Position numbers and translations under genes: made by a program
Shown: piece after piece, positions 11,132-22,516 of the stretch
Position numbering within the stretch: the stretch's first letter is position 1
Layout: each line of letters opens with the position of its first letter
Source of the DNA: Oopsacas minuta
Taxonomy: Eukaryota > Animalia > Porifera
Length of the DNA stretch: 64,000 bases
Assembly (NCBI GenBank): GCA_024704765.1
Contig: JAKMXF010000166.1
Location: 124,001 to 188,000, forward strand
Direction of reading: 5' to 3'
The notes under the pieces: generated by a model
Seen by the model: the letters and a program-made list of their open reading frames with translations, nothing else
Database searches by the model: none
Told to the model about the DNA's origin: nothing

Positions 11132-11983
11132 TTAAAATATTAGCATAAAACCAGCACATATGCCCCAGTGATCACTAGGGAATCTCCCACAAGGCAATTT
11201 CTCCTTTCCAACCAACTCAAACTTCATTGGTAATACCTGCATACCAACAGCTAGTCCATCAGGATGTGAAAACAATAATCGATCGAAACGAAGCTTAGCT
11301 TTAAAATGTACTCCTAGATTATTATTAACACTGGTATCCCATGTATATTCGTGTTCCTTCTCACTCCCCATGTACTCCCATACATCTTGTATAGCAGGGG
11401 ATAGTCCAGCTTCCTTCACATCCTCATCTCTGAGATTCAAATCACCACCGAAAATACATGGAATATTCAGCTTACTAATCAAGTTACTCATTAAACCCAA
11501 TTGATCACGTCTTATTAACGTAGGTCCGATATCTTTAGTGCTTTCTAGATGTGTAGTGATAACACGTATTGGTTGATTCGAACAGATAGATACGTCACAG
11601 AAGATGTAATGTCGCCCCATTATCGAGCCTTGAAATGGAATAGTTCCATGCTCCCCAGCTACTTTAACTCTATCTTTAAGCAGTAGAATAGCATTGTAAT
11701 ACGTGGACGTGTATCTACAAAAAATACACTTATATGCTATGCATCTTTTTGCTATCAGTAAATGTGATTGTGGAACAACCTCTTGCAGGAATACTATGTC
11801 TGGTTTATGAGTATTTATCAACTGAATTACTGCTAAACTACGTTCTTGCAAGTCTTTGCCATCTAAACCGTCAATATTCCAGGATAACAAGGTAAAGTTT
11901 TGTAACTGAGAGTCATCCGAGGAAGATTTGGAAGTGACACTTTGTTCAACTTCTATATTGGTATCTTGTATGGAACAAGCCAT
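11132..11983 (-). CDS. TDP2: Tyrosyl-DNA phosphodiesterase 2 (EEP-fold catalytic domain)
   Basis: SWNIDGLD, FLQEV, TTHLES, GGDLNLRD, RFDR and PSDHWG motifs. Confidence 0.9.
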   Translation of the reverse strand: MACSIQDTNIEVEQSVTSKSSSDDSQLQNFTLLSWNIDGLDGKDLQERSLAVIQLINTHKPDIVFLQEVVPQSHLLIAKRCIAYKCIFCRYTSTYYNAILLLKDRVKVAGEHGTIPFQGSIMGRHYIFCDVSICSNQPIRVITTHLESTKDIGPTLIRRDQLGLMSNLISKLNIPCIFGGDLNLRDEDVKEAGLSPAIQDVWEYMGSEKEHEYTWDTSVNNNLGVHFKAKLRFDRLLFSHPDGLAVGMQVLPMKFELVGKEKLPCGRFPSDHWGICAGFMLIF

Positions 11984-12505
11984 ATTCGTGATATATATAT
12001 GAATATATACTTTAATGAAAATATAATTATATACTTGTCAATTTTCAAAATACCAAAATTTTACCAGTGGGATGATCAGAAAAATATTTGTTTTCAAAGT
12101 ATTTCCCCTTCAACTACAAAACAACGAAACTTCCAATCGAAATACGTATTTCTGATCAAAATCTCATAATTTTGAATCGTTTGAATTGATGCAAAACATA
12201 ACAAAATTGTTCAATAAAGTGAGACATAAAGATCTGGACAATCAACCAATAATAATAATAATAAGAAGAATAATAAGAATAATAAGAATTTGTTGTGGCT
12301 TAATAGGTAATATACGTAGTATTATTAGAAAAACCATTTCTAACACTCATTGATAATACAATGTAATATTAACCGCGGTAATACTCGAATAAACGCTGTG
12401 TTACTATTTCAAGTCAATTTATGTTGGAATTGGCTTAGTTTTGATAAAAGTATTCACACTGTTTGGGAAAGTTTATCAAGCTTAAATGTAGTAGGAAAGT
12501 TCTAT

Positions 12506-14114
12506 TTAAGTGTTTTTTATTCGACCCCCATGACCGATAGTAATCTGTGAAATATGCAAGAGAAGTGGCCCAACTTCTGGGTCGTTAAAATACTGAGAAA
12601 CCAATTCTGGGTTCCGTAGCATGTCCTCTAGGACCTGTAGATTATGAGGACTAGTGAGACCTAGTTGTACCACAGGGTCACTGAAGAGGTCTTTATAAAG
12701 TTTGGAGTTTTTTGATAATCTCATTGTAGATAGAGGTTCTGTCTTTTCTCCTAATAACCACTCACAAGCTTCCTGTTGATTATTCCCCGTGAGTTGTAGC
12801 GCATGAATTATGTCCTCCTCTTTAAACCCCATATCTTTAAGATTCCGTAAGGCCTGTGAGTCTATACAGCGAGATTTCACACCTTTTACACTTGATGTAG
12901 GAGATGTTCTCTTTTTACTGGGTAGGGTATCATGTTTGTTTGGTACTGACTTAGTAGAGGGGTTAGGTCCAACCACTGGGATATCAGCTGAGCTGTTTCT
13001 CACTAACCAATCAGTTGCTTGTGATACTTCCATCTTATTGAGTTGAAGAGCGTGTATAGCTCTAGCTCTTGAATATCCCATGCTAGTCAAGGTCTGTACT
13101 GCATGACTATCAACCTAACGGATGTATGTACAGTAGAACTCGGTTAGTAAGTAATTATTCCAACCAAACGGAATATCATTCTTGTACTATAATTTGTATA
13201 TGAAGAATATTGTGATAAGACGTAAGCGTTTAGGTACTACATTTGTTTCCCGAGGGGGTTTTACTAGCATAATGTGTATTTTATTGTATAATAGTAAACT
13301 GTCCTGTATGCATATTAAGCTTATAATTATATCCCCATAGGAACCATTTAAATAACTATTAGGTCTTATTAGATAATATTCGATATAGTAGACTAACCTC
13401 GTAGCCTTGAGCTCCAACAGCTAGCTCATCCTCAGGGCCAGATTCCATCTCTTCAACAGTCTCATCATTATCATAACACTCCCCTCTAGCTCCACACAGC
13501 TGTTCAGCTGACTGTAACAGATAAGCTGAGTCTATGAGGGTCAGGAGGATACGTCTTAGATCCCGGAAGAAATCGGTAGCGTCTGGTGGTACACGGACAC
13601 TGGGTTTAGTGAGAGGAGCTTTAGGGAGATGTTTCGTAGCCCGATTTATTGTGGACTTGTTAGGACCGTTTGGACAGGGGTAAGAAGGGATGGCACCGTT
13701 TCTAGGATTCTCCCTCTTGGGTAGAAGGAGTATACAATCCTGATGCTGAATATTCTGAGATCTGAGACATAGATTGTCAGCGAGAGGGCGACCTGAGTGA
13801 TGTACTGCTCTACAATTCTTTAATTTAGCTCCGTCTAGAGAACTACTAGCTTTCTTCTTCAACATTGACAGTCTCTCAGTTGGACTAATTTTTAATTGTA
13901 CATTTCTGCCTTTCAAATCTGAGATATTCAACGTTATCGTTTTGTGATTAGGGGGGGGAGTACTGTTAGTAGGGGTTGAGGGGGTGGTATATATGTCCTC
14001 AGGGTAGCTGGAGGTAGGAGAGGACTGAGATGAGGCCAAATGGTGGGTAGAGGGAATAATTGATATATTCATTTTGTCGTGAACATTACCTTTAGTGGTC
14101 AAAGCTGTAGCCAT
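12506..14114 (-). CDS. UBAC1: UBL-UBA-UBA-STI1-like protein (KPC2), 2 exons, 441 aa
   Basis: Exons 14114-13398 and 13114-12506 joined by a phase-0 GT-AG intron (GYE|VDSHAVQTLTSMGY). Ubiquitin-like region in exon 1; two UBA motifs (LTSMGYSRARA..AL, LKDMGFKEEDII.AL); C-terminal LEDMLRNPE. Confidence 0.8.
13129..13268. mobile_element. Degenerate MITE remnant in the UBAC1 intron
   Basis: TA-CAGTAGAACTCGG left end resembles the other CAGT-terminated elements; weak partner GGTTTTACTAG near 13258-13268. Confidence 0.35.
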
Positions 14115-14872
14115 CTGTCTATTATATCTATCACAGCTTAATACAAATATTGAAGGAAATTTACATAATATTCTATTTCAACGAAAAGCTAGCAAATAAA
14201 TAGTCATTTAACACATAGGGAATTAGATAGGATTTTGCACTAAATTTCAAAGGTCAAAGAGCGTTTAGGCAATAACATATGTGTATTACATTACAACATA
14301 AGACATACATTTGATTCAGTGTAGAGAGGGCATACTCGTGAATTGGTGCAAGTATTTCTGCATTCTGATATACCATATAAGATAATATTATCTACCACGA
14401 GGTAATTATAATGGTTTGAATACTAAAATTATACAAGAAAGTAAAGCGATAAAGATATTTTCATCTTTGGATGAGTTTTAAGGGATAATTTGATGGATTA
14501 AAAGTCGGTTAAATCCAGGTTTCACTAGTTGTGCAAGTGCTCTAGCATGTTAACTCCAATTATGCTGTAAGGTAATTATATCCTTTTGTATAATTAGAAA
14601 AGTTCACACAAATATTTCATTCGTGAAAAATTAGTCTATGAAATTAATTATACAAACTAGCTGTCACTAGCTAGTAAGATATTGAAGTGCAAAACTTGTG
14701 TAAACACTTTACAATAATTCTAAGAACTAAAACATTGCTCAACACTAATCAAAATAATTGCAATCACAATCCATTTAATTACCTATAAGACTGCTAGTAT
14801 AACCCACATTATATAATTAACTAACCTACCTCAGTATATCTAACCACAGATATTCGTATGCTTAAAATACCA

Positions 14873-16423
14873 TTACAGTTCATCGTGTCGGTGTAGTCTA
14901 CTTTCGGCCAGGGACTCTTTACAACCAGCTGGAGTTCTGAAGTAAAATAAATATTGACAGCGATCAGGTTCGTCTACTGATATCAATTCAGAACTGCTTC
15001 CACAAAGCACGATAACCTTTGTATTACGTTCTGGTCCGTTCCAACAACGTTCACCCTTGTTGTACATCATTGCTTCGTGTTTATGCTCGGTGTTTTCCCA
15101 TTCCCCCCACACCCCTAAAGAAGTTTCCCTCCCTCCACTCTTAGGTCTTTGTACTACTTTATTGAAAGGACAGAGTTCATATGTATATTCACGATCATCT
15201 CTTGAAAAACATTTCTCTGATATAGGATAAAATTCATGATCATTGCCTAAATCGAGTGTGAGGAATTTGTTAATTTCTGCTATTTTCCCTTGAATATCGT
15301 CATGCACTCGTTTGGCATCATCATACAAACGTCTTGTCTGATCAGCTGTTGCGATAAGAGCATTAGTCTCTGCATCAAACTCTATATTAATCTCTTCACT
15401 ATCTGAGGGAGGAGGCGCTTCATCTTCAAATGGTTCATCATCAGATTCAGAATTCTCTTCTGCTTCCTGATCATTCCCATTTGCGGATTGAAGTTTAGGG
15501 ACACGGGTCTCCTTCCCTTGCTTAATAGCGTGTATAATCTCATCTTGTTTTCTCTGGAAAGCTCTATTAACAGCTTGGTATTCTCCCCAATGCTTAGTAA
15601 ACTCCTGATCAGTAACACCACCCTCTAGTTCCTCTCCAAACAAGACTCTCAGCTCTGCTTCATCTGCAACTCCATCTCCATTAGTATCTAGTTCAGATCG
15701 TGTCTTCAACTCTTCAGTACTAACTAGAGTGTCTCCATTCGTATCAATCTCATTGAATACTCCAGATATTTTATTCTGTAGTGCTTCTTGCTTCAGAGCC
15801 TCAGCAATTTCTTTATGTCTTTCTTTAGCTTCATTAGCCAACTCTTCGGCATCATTCTTAGCTAATTCTGCCTTGTACATCTCATCACTAGCATTTTCTA
15901 TCTCATCTTTCAGTATGACAAGTTCTTCATTCTTTTCTACACGTTTGTGCACAGCTAACTCAATGAACTCTAGTTTCTGCCGATAACCTTCTTGGTGGAT
16001 AATCTCGTACTTCTTTAATCTATCAATTTCTTGACGACCCTTCTCAACACAAGTGTTTTCACAGAGAAGTCCAGAAGGAGATTTGTACTCATCAGTCCCA
16101 TCACAACAATCACAGAATCCATCATTCACGAGGCGAGATGGAATTGTCTTAGGTCGAAAAGCAGAATTTATGCAATAGAATTCTCCATTAGGACATGCTG
16201 CAGTGCTTGGTTCATCCGAACCATCAGGGCAATCACAGAAGTCATCGTTAACATGAGAGAATGGAAACGTAAACGAGTAATCTTTACAAGTGAAATATCC
16301 GTCTGAATTTTCGTAAAATACTTTCTGTGATGGAGCAACTCCAACTATTTGAACGGGAGAGCTTTGCATTGGTGAACAGAGAAGAGTTGTAATTAGTGGG
16401 AATAAGATTAATATTAGTTTCAT
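14873..16423 (-). CDS. PRKCSH: Glucosidase II beta subunit
   Basis: Signal peptide; Cys-rich VNDDFCDCPDGSDEP...VNDGFCDCCDGTDE; two EF-hand-like motifs (DTNGD); acidic tract; MRH domain (YTYELCPF, GERCWNGPER, EPDRCQY); C-terminal HDEL. Confidence 0.97.
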   Translation of the reverse strand: MKLILILFPLITTLLCSPMQSSPVQIVGVAPSQKVFYENSDGYFTCKDYSFTFPFSHVNDDFCDCPDGSDEPSTAACPNGEFYCINSAFRPKTIPSRLVNDGFCDCCDGTDEYKSPSGLLCENTCVEKGRQEIDRLKKYEIIHQEGYRQKLEFIELAVHKRVEKNEELVILKDEIENASDEMYKAELAKNDAEELANEAKERHKEIAEALKQEALQNKISGVFNEIDTNGDTLVSTEELKTRSELDTNGDGVADEAELRVLFGEELEGGVTDQEFTKHWGEYQAVNRAFQRKQDEIIHAIKQGKETRVPKLQSANGNDQEAEENSESDDEPFEDEAPPPSDSEEINIEFDAETNALIATADQTRRLYDDAKRVHDDIQGKIAEINKFLTLDLGNDHEFYPISEKCFSRDDREYTYELCPFNKVVQRPKSGGRETSLGVWGEWENTEHKHEAMMYNKGERCWNGPERNTKVIVLCGSSSELISVDEPDRCQYLFYFRTPAGCKESLAESRLHRHDEL

Positions 16424-16649
16424 ACTGTATTTGTGGGAATTCAGGCTACGAAATAACCAAACAAATATTAGTTACAATAGATAAATAGAAAAATACAACA
16501 TGATGCTTATTGTGTTACACAGGTATGCAAGCCGTTAGTCAGGAATATTAGGTTGCATAAAATCTAGTCCAATCGAGTTGTAAGTTTTTCTATATCTAAT
16601 CTTTCTATAAAACGTAATGTTTCGTTCATTTAAATATCCCACGATTAAT

Positions 16650-16800
16650 TTCTAGGGCGTAACTAGTATTGAGTCAGAGGAAGTAGTTGCCTCCTCGCTT
16701 TTTCGGGCGTTCCCTCATCTTCCTATTGTAATCGCTATTATATTGAGGCAAATATCCATTCTTACCTCCTCGCTCCAGGAACTCTAGTTACGCCCCGGAA
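16650..16800. mobile_element. Small non-autonomous element with GGGCGTAACTAG inverted termini
   Basis: Perfect 12-bp inverted repeat 16655-16666/16784-16795, extendable with mismatches; internal direct repeat CCTCCTCGCT; GC-rich island in AT-rich DNA. Confidence 0.7.
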
Positions 16801-16982
16801 ATTATATTACTAATAAGCACGTTAAAATAATACTATACCTGATGAGGAAAATCCAATCTTGGTGAACAATTATTACAACAATTCCAAATTAAAATTGAAG
16901 CAAATTAAATCGTTTCATCCAAAAGCCAACAGATATAATTGAATATAGAAGAAGCGATTATCGTTGTAGTGAAATGATAAAA

Positions 16983-19900
16983 TTATAAATGCGAGTTGAG
17001 TAGAGTTTCAATAGCTTGCTCTACAATTGTAGAATTATTACTCCCAATATTCAGAGCTTGTTGATAGCTATCATAAGCTAATTGCTTATCTTCAGAGAGT
17101 ATATAGTGGTGGGCCTTATTCAAGAAAATATGTGAAAAATTAGGATTTCCATCTTCTGCCAGTTTCAAATCTTCCAAGCTATCTTTCTTTCTATTCAGTA
17201 ACAATCTAGCTACACTCCTGTTGATTAATATATGCTCATCAGTTTTAAATTCGGGTAAAATAGCTTTGCTAAATGTCTGCTCACATTCTATGTACAGTTT
17301 ATTTATTAGCAACAGAGTACCCGCGTTAAAAAACGCCAATTGGTATGTGGGATCTAGTTTGGTTGCAGCAATAAAGAATTCCATAGCTTGCTTAGGGTAT
17401 CTGCTGTAGAAATAAATTATCCCAGCTGAGTTCAGTATCTGAGGAGTTTTCTTATTCTTAATAGCCCTATCTATATCTAGTGTAGCAGCAAAAGTATCCT
17501 TCATTTGCAGACAAATAATGGCTTTACCTTCTAGTGCACACGGATTATTAGGATCTGATTCTAATGCATTAGTTAGATGGCGCCAAGCTTGTGCAAATTT
17601 ACCTTCAAATTGTAATAAGAAAGCTAGGTTAATCCTTGCCACAACGCATGTAGGATTCAAATGTATTGCTCTACAGAAGTCATTCTTTGATAACTGGAAA
17701 CCTGGTCTGTTCATATAATCCATGTAGATTGTACCTCTCCCGATAAATGCGTCTATACACGTGATATCTAATTCTAGCATCAAATTCATATAGTTAACAG
17801 CCTGGTTAACCTGTCCTAGTCTGTGTAGTGAAATACCAGTTGCTTGATATAGAGGGATAGCCAGATTCTTGCTTAACTTATCTCTTATAGCAAGATGCAT
17901 TGACACGAACTTAAAGTCATTCAAAGAATTAACATAGTCACGCAAGATAAAATACATTAACCCTCTATTTTGTACTATTTTAGCTTCTATAATGTTATCA
18001 GGACTAAGAGTATGTTTGCAAGATTCTAACAAGCATTGAGCGGTAGAATAATCATTGATAGCTTCCTGATAACTCCCTATAGAAGAATAACATAAACCTC
18101 TATTGTAATAGGCTAAATAGCAATTTGGATCTAAGGAAATGGTACGAGTTAGATCTTGAATGGCAGAGGGGAAAGATTTCAGGAAATATTTGAGAGTTCC
18201 ACGGTAGAAATAAGCACGAATAGAATCGCTCTCTAGTTCAATAGCTTCATTACAGTTGAGAATTGCTTTAGAAATTCTACCTTCCATAAAGTAGTAAGAA
18301 GCTCTTGCTAGATAAGCCTGGAAGAATTTATTGTTAAGTGCGAGTGACTTATTCAAATCTAGAATACCTTTCTTATTGTGAGGTGATTTGATAGAAGCTA
18401 ATCCTCTGAAGTAATAAGTTTCATGAGATTGTGGATAACAAGATAGAGATTCTGTTAACATTTCAATTGCTTTATTATTCCGTCCTAACGAATAAGCACA
18501 TATTCCTTGAAGAAATAGAATATTCGCGATTTTTCTGTTCTTACCTTCTACGTCAGTGCTTTTAGCAAGAAGCCGTTTGGCTATTGTCAAGTTCTCAAGT
18601 GCATGCTGATAGTTTTTGAGTTTAATAAGTGTTTTCCCGAGTAATACATACGAATCATATGATGGAATACCTCTAGAGGAATTCTCAAGTAATTCTAGAG
18701 CATCTTCATGTCTACCTAGAAAATTCTCTACAACAACTAATTGTAGAATAGAAGATTGTCCTGTATGACTTTTAACATAATTATCCCCAGGCTTAAGCTT
18801 ACGTGAATAGTATAGATGGTTCTTAGCAAGAGATAGCTTATCCATGTATAGCAATACTTTACCTCTAAGAATATGGTAGTTAGTATCATCTGGTGAGAGA
18901 TGAGAAGCTCTACTGTAGTCTAGCAGAGCAGATTTCAGCTCTGAGAGACAAAAATATGCATCTCCCCTACAGACATAAGTCTTAGCATTAATTGGATCTA
19001 AAGCGATGGACAATGTTAGATGGTAAATAGCTCTGTGGTAATCCTTACGATGTTTGTGATACATTAATCCAATGATAGTATGTCCTATAGCGAGGTTAGG
19101 CTGTAGTTTAATATAAGTTGAAAGGTCATGGAATGCTTCATCAAACAACTTAATACTCCTATACACAATTCCCCTATGTAGAATACTCTCAGTATTAACC
19201 TTATCAACATCCAATATAATAGCAGTGCTGAGATCACGAATAGCTTGCCAGGGCTCAGCTTTACGTAGCACACAGGCTCTATGATAGAACGCTAGGAATG
19301 AGGTAGGATCGTAATGAATAGCAGCTGAATAATCTTTGAGAGATTCAAAGCATGCGTGTAGCATGAAATAACATTTACCGCGTAACAATAGTGCAGCGAT
19401 ATTTCGCGGATCTGAGTGTAGAATAACCGATACATTGTCAAGAGCACTCTGATACATAGTTTTACTGATCTGGTAACGAACTGTCTTAAAAAGAACAAGA
19501 GTATTTGATTTATCCAACACCGCAGTTCGCTTTAGATCTTCCATCGCTAGTGTTGTATCTCCATTCTTCTCGTATATCTCTGAACGTAGCATTAATGCTT
19601 GTGTATCATCTGGATCCAGTGATATTGCAGAAGAAAAATCTTGTATTGCATTCGTATACAAACCAATATCACTGTACAGTGAACCTCGTAGTTTATAAGC
19701 TTGTATGTGTTTGGGATTAAGCATTAAGAGAGTGAGTAGATCTCTAAGTGCTGGGGTATTCAAACTATTTACATAGGATATTATAGCACGATACCATAAA
19801 GGCTCTCCATAGCCTGGCTCTAAATCTAAAGCTGAAGTGAAACAGTCGTATGCTTCTGTTAACCGACCTATAAGCCGCAGAATAATGCCTTTCTTGCATA

Positions 19901-21959
19901 GCAGCAGAGCAGATTGTGTCTCGTCATATTGACAATCTTCAATTGTACGGTCAATTAATTCAATTTCCTTATTCAGTTTAGGAATTTCTTCATCTTCAAC
20001 TAAAGGTACACTATCTACAATCTCAGTTAGATCTTCATAACTGGAAGATCTCCCCTGTTCGGTTAATATAGAGAGCCTTCTCAGAGATCTGTTAGATGAA
20101 GCTGAAAACTGAAATGTAGAGGAGAAAGAATGACGTAATTGTTTATCCTGAGGGTCTAATGTTAATTGCTTGGATAATTTGGGTCTAGGTTCGTAGCTTG
20201 ACCTCCGTAGGGGTAGTTTAGTATCAGAGCTATCTAAAGAGCCGCGAGATTCCCGTGAAGTTCGTACTTGATTCTTCTTAATCTGTTTGACATATATCTT
20301 TTGTAAGTTAATATAATCAAACAGTTTGGCGGTATCAACTTTCGGTAATAAACACTCTGTATTTTGACTACAGATTAAGTTAGGTTGAGAACTTCTCCTA
20401 TGTCTAGATGCTAGTTTATAGCTAGCTGAAGGAATATCATTCATAGAAGAGAATTCATGTTTAATAGCTCGATCAAGAGATGAATCTACCACTGTTAATC
20501 TGGCTCTTGAAGTTGTAAACATATAATTATCATTGAAATACTCCTGATAGTATTGTGAGTGTTGAGTATGTGATTTCGGTATACTATAGAAAGGATATAA
20601 AGTATCTCTCAGCTGACCTCTGTTCATGGAGTACTTGGGAGAGGAGGGTAACCATAAGGGATACAAGAATTTTGGTCTTCTATGATACCTCATACCTACT
20701 AACTTAGAGGGTATCTCATCTGTGTGTAGGGGAGAGGGAGATAGAGGAGTTGTTCTGGAAGTTAGGCAAAACTGGTGTATACTTGTATCTTCTGCGGTGT
20801 ATGCAGGTGCTAGTTTTCGCGTTGGTCTATGCATCTTAATATCAGGCAGTTTAATCTCCATACCTTGTACAAGGAGAGGGAGATTATCATTGAGAGAGGG
20901 ATCTGGGGAATGAGATGAGAGAGGTTCTTGTAAAGTTGGAATAATTTCATCTTCTACAACAAGTGAGTGATCGGGTTGTTCGTCTACTATGACGTCACAC
21001 CTTGTCTCGGTTTCTTCCATTATAATAGAACTAGATTGGTCAGGAGAACTTAACAATTTCACATTTAGTGTTCCTTCTATTTTAACATCTTCAGGTTGCC
21101 TAATGTCTAAAGTAGAAAACCTTCTAACAGCAAGAGGCATAGACTGTGTGTGTCTAGTAAAATACTGAGTACTCTTAGAAGATAACACAGGCTGTATAGT
21201 ATGTACTTCGCTATGAGTCTTTTGTAATATATTTCCCTCATCAGCAAATAGATTCTCAACAGAGATAGATAGTGTGGGATGTAAACCAGGTGACGTCAGG
21301 TTATGTATTAATATATTCTTGTTTTGGGATGATATACTGAGACGTGAGGGTTGGTAAGGCTCTCTCTCTATAGTATTTGCTTTATCTGTGTCACTCGAGT
21401 TTAATACATCAATAAGAGGGCTGGATACAGTAGAAGTTTGTAATGATTGCTCACTCGGGACTATCCTACGGGAGTCAAATAATGAGTGTTGACGCGATTT
21501 CTTGAAATTTGTAAAACTGTCTTCAGATTCAAAAGAAGAGAAATTAGAGTAAGATCTCTCTAATATCATTTCATCAACTCTCAATTCTGGAGCTGATAGG
21601 TTATCAAATGGTGTCTGTGATTCAGTTAGAGGATCCCATAAAGACTGCGGAATATGTAGAGTAGTTGGTATTTGTATGTAAGATTCTGAGCTAATATGTT
21701 CCTGAGATTGAGGGGGAGATAAGCTATCACTAAGTCCGTGAGAGCTATTAGTGTGTAGCACAACATTAGGAATATCTAAATTCAATTCAGTTGTTAGGTG
21801 ATCTGATCTAAGAGAAGAGGGAGTTTCTTGTCTACGTAGCTTTGGGAGATGAACAGGTTTAGAACGCTTACTGAATTGTATAGGAGCTGTTGTCATGTGT
21901 GATGATACAATAGCTAGTTTAGGTGTAGCTCTAGGCTTTATGTCGTGTGTCTGACTCAT
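16983..21959 (-). CDS. TTC6: Large TPR-repeat protein, TTC6-like (1658 aa, intronless)
   Basis: Low-complexity N-terminal ~670 aa followed by about 1000 aa of consecutive TPR motifs (e.g. AYKLRGSLY...AIQDFSSAISLDP). Orthology to TTC6 is from architecture only. Confidence 0.65.
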   Translation of the reverse strand: MSQTHDIKPRATPKLAIVSSHMTTAPIQFSKRSKPVHLPKLRRQETPSSLRSDHLTTELNLDIPNVVLHTNSSHGLSDSLSPPQSQEHISSESYIQIPTTLHIPQSLWDPLTESQTPFDNLSAPELRVDEMILERSYSNFSSFESEDSFTNFKKSRQHSLFDSRRIVPSEQSLQTSTVSSPLIDVLNSSDTDKANTIEREPYQPSRLSISSQNKNILIHNLTSPGLHPTLSISVENLFADEGNILQKTHSEVHTIQPVLSSKSTQYFTRHTQSMPLAVRRFSTLDIRQPEDVKIEGTLNVKLLSSPDQSSSIIMEETETRCDVIVDEQPDHSLVVEDEIIPTLQEPLSSHSPDPSLNDNLPLLVQGMEIKLPDIKMHRPTRKLAPAYTAEDTSIHQFCLTSRTTPLSPSPLHTDEIPSKLVGMRYHRRPKFLYPLWLPSSPKYSMNRGQLRDTLYPFYSIPKSHTQHSQYYQEYFNDNYMFTTSRARLTVVDSSLDRAIKHEFSSMNDIPSASYKLASRHRRSSQPNLICSQNTECLLPKVDTAKLFDYINLQKIYVKQIKKNQVRTSRESRGSLDSSDTKLPLRRSSYEPRPKLSKQLTLDPQDKQLRHSFSSTFQFSASSNRSLRRLSILTEQGRSSSYEDLTEIVDSVPLVEDEEIPKLNKEIELIDRTIEDCQYDETQSALLLCKKGIILRLIGRLTEAYDCFTSALDLEPGYGEPLWYRAIISYVNSLNTPALRDLLTLLMLNPKHIQAYKLRGSLYSDIGLYTNAIQDFSSAISLDPDDTQALMLRSEIYEKNGDTTLAMEDLKRTAVLDKSNTLVLFKTVRYQISKTMYQSALDNVSVILHSDPRNIAALLLRGKCYFMLHACFESLKDYSAAIHYDPTSFLAFYHRACVLRKAEPWQAIRDLSTAIILDVDKVNTESILHRGIVYRSIKLFDEAFHDLSTYIKLQPNLAIGHTIIGLMYHKHRKDYHRAIYHLTLSIALDPINAKTYVCRGDAYFCLSELKSALLDYSRASHLSPDDTNYHILRGKVLLYMDKLSLAKNHLYYSRKLKPGDNYVKSHTGQSSILQLVVVENFLGRHEDALELLENSSRGIPSYDSYVLLGKTLIKLKNYQHALENLTIAKRLLAKSTDVEGKNRKIANILFLQGICAYSLGRNNKAIEMLTESLSCYPQSHETYYFRGLASIKSPHNKKGILDLNKSLALNNKFFQAYLARASYYFMEGRISKAILNCNEAIELESDSIRAYFYRGTLKYFLKSFPSAIQDLTRTISLDPNCYLAYYNRGLCYSSIGSYQEAINDYSTAQCLLESCKHTLSPDNIIEAKIVQNRGLMYFILRDYVNSLNDFKFVSMHLAIRDKLSKNLAIPLYQATGISLHRLGQVNQAVNYMNLMLELDITCIDAFIGRGTIYMDYMNRPGFQLSKNDFCRAIHLNPTCVVARINLAFLLQFEGKFAQAWRHLTNALESDPNNPCALEGKAIICLQMKDTFAATLDIDRAIKNKKTPQILNSAGIIYFYSRYPKQAMEFFIAATKLDPTYQLAFFNAGTLLLINKLYIECEQTFSKAILPEFKTDEHILINRSVARLLLNRKKDSLEDLKLAEDGNPNFSHIFLNKAHHYILSEDKQLAYDSYQQALNIGSNNSTIVEQAIETLLNSHL

Positions 21960-22516
21960 TCTAATGGAAATTAAAAAAAAATTCTGTCGTTTTAATTATT
22001 ACAGAAGGTATTAACTCGACATAATGGTATAATAATGACAAATTCCTGCAGGAACCAATTTATTCGAACTGCGGAATCAATTGTGTAGTTAGCATTTTTT
22101 GGTAGTCTACGCAGAGAAATAACATAATTGCTAATTTGCTATAACCATCTGATCTAGTTATCTCAATAAACAAACTTAGTTTAATATACATGTACTTGTA
22201 AGAACTATCTCATAAAGATCCTGATACTCTTAGTAAGATTGATTAGATTTCTACCCCCATTCCTAATTGCTAATTCTTAAGAACTTGTACTTCGTGAATT
22301 AGAACCATAATTGTTCAATTAATTAATAAACTAGCAGGTCAATTGGCCGTCTTATGTTTCACAATAAATTGTCCTGGTTATAAACCAAGTATTTCAATAG
22401 TACAGTAACCTCTAAAATAGTGCAACAATACAAGATAATGAAATGACATCCACAAGAAAGCTAAAACATCTTTACTAACATGCCAAAAAGATGCCATTAT
22501 AATCAAAATATTCAAA

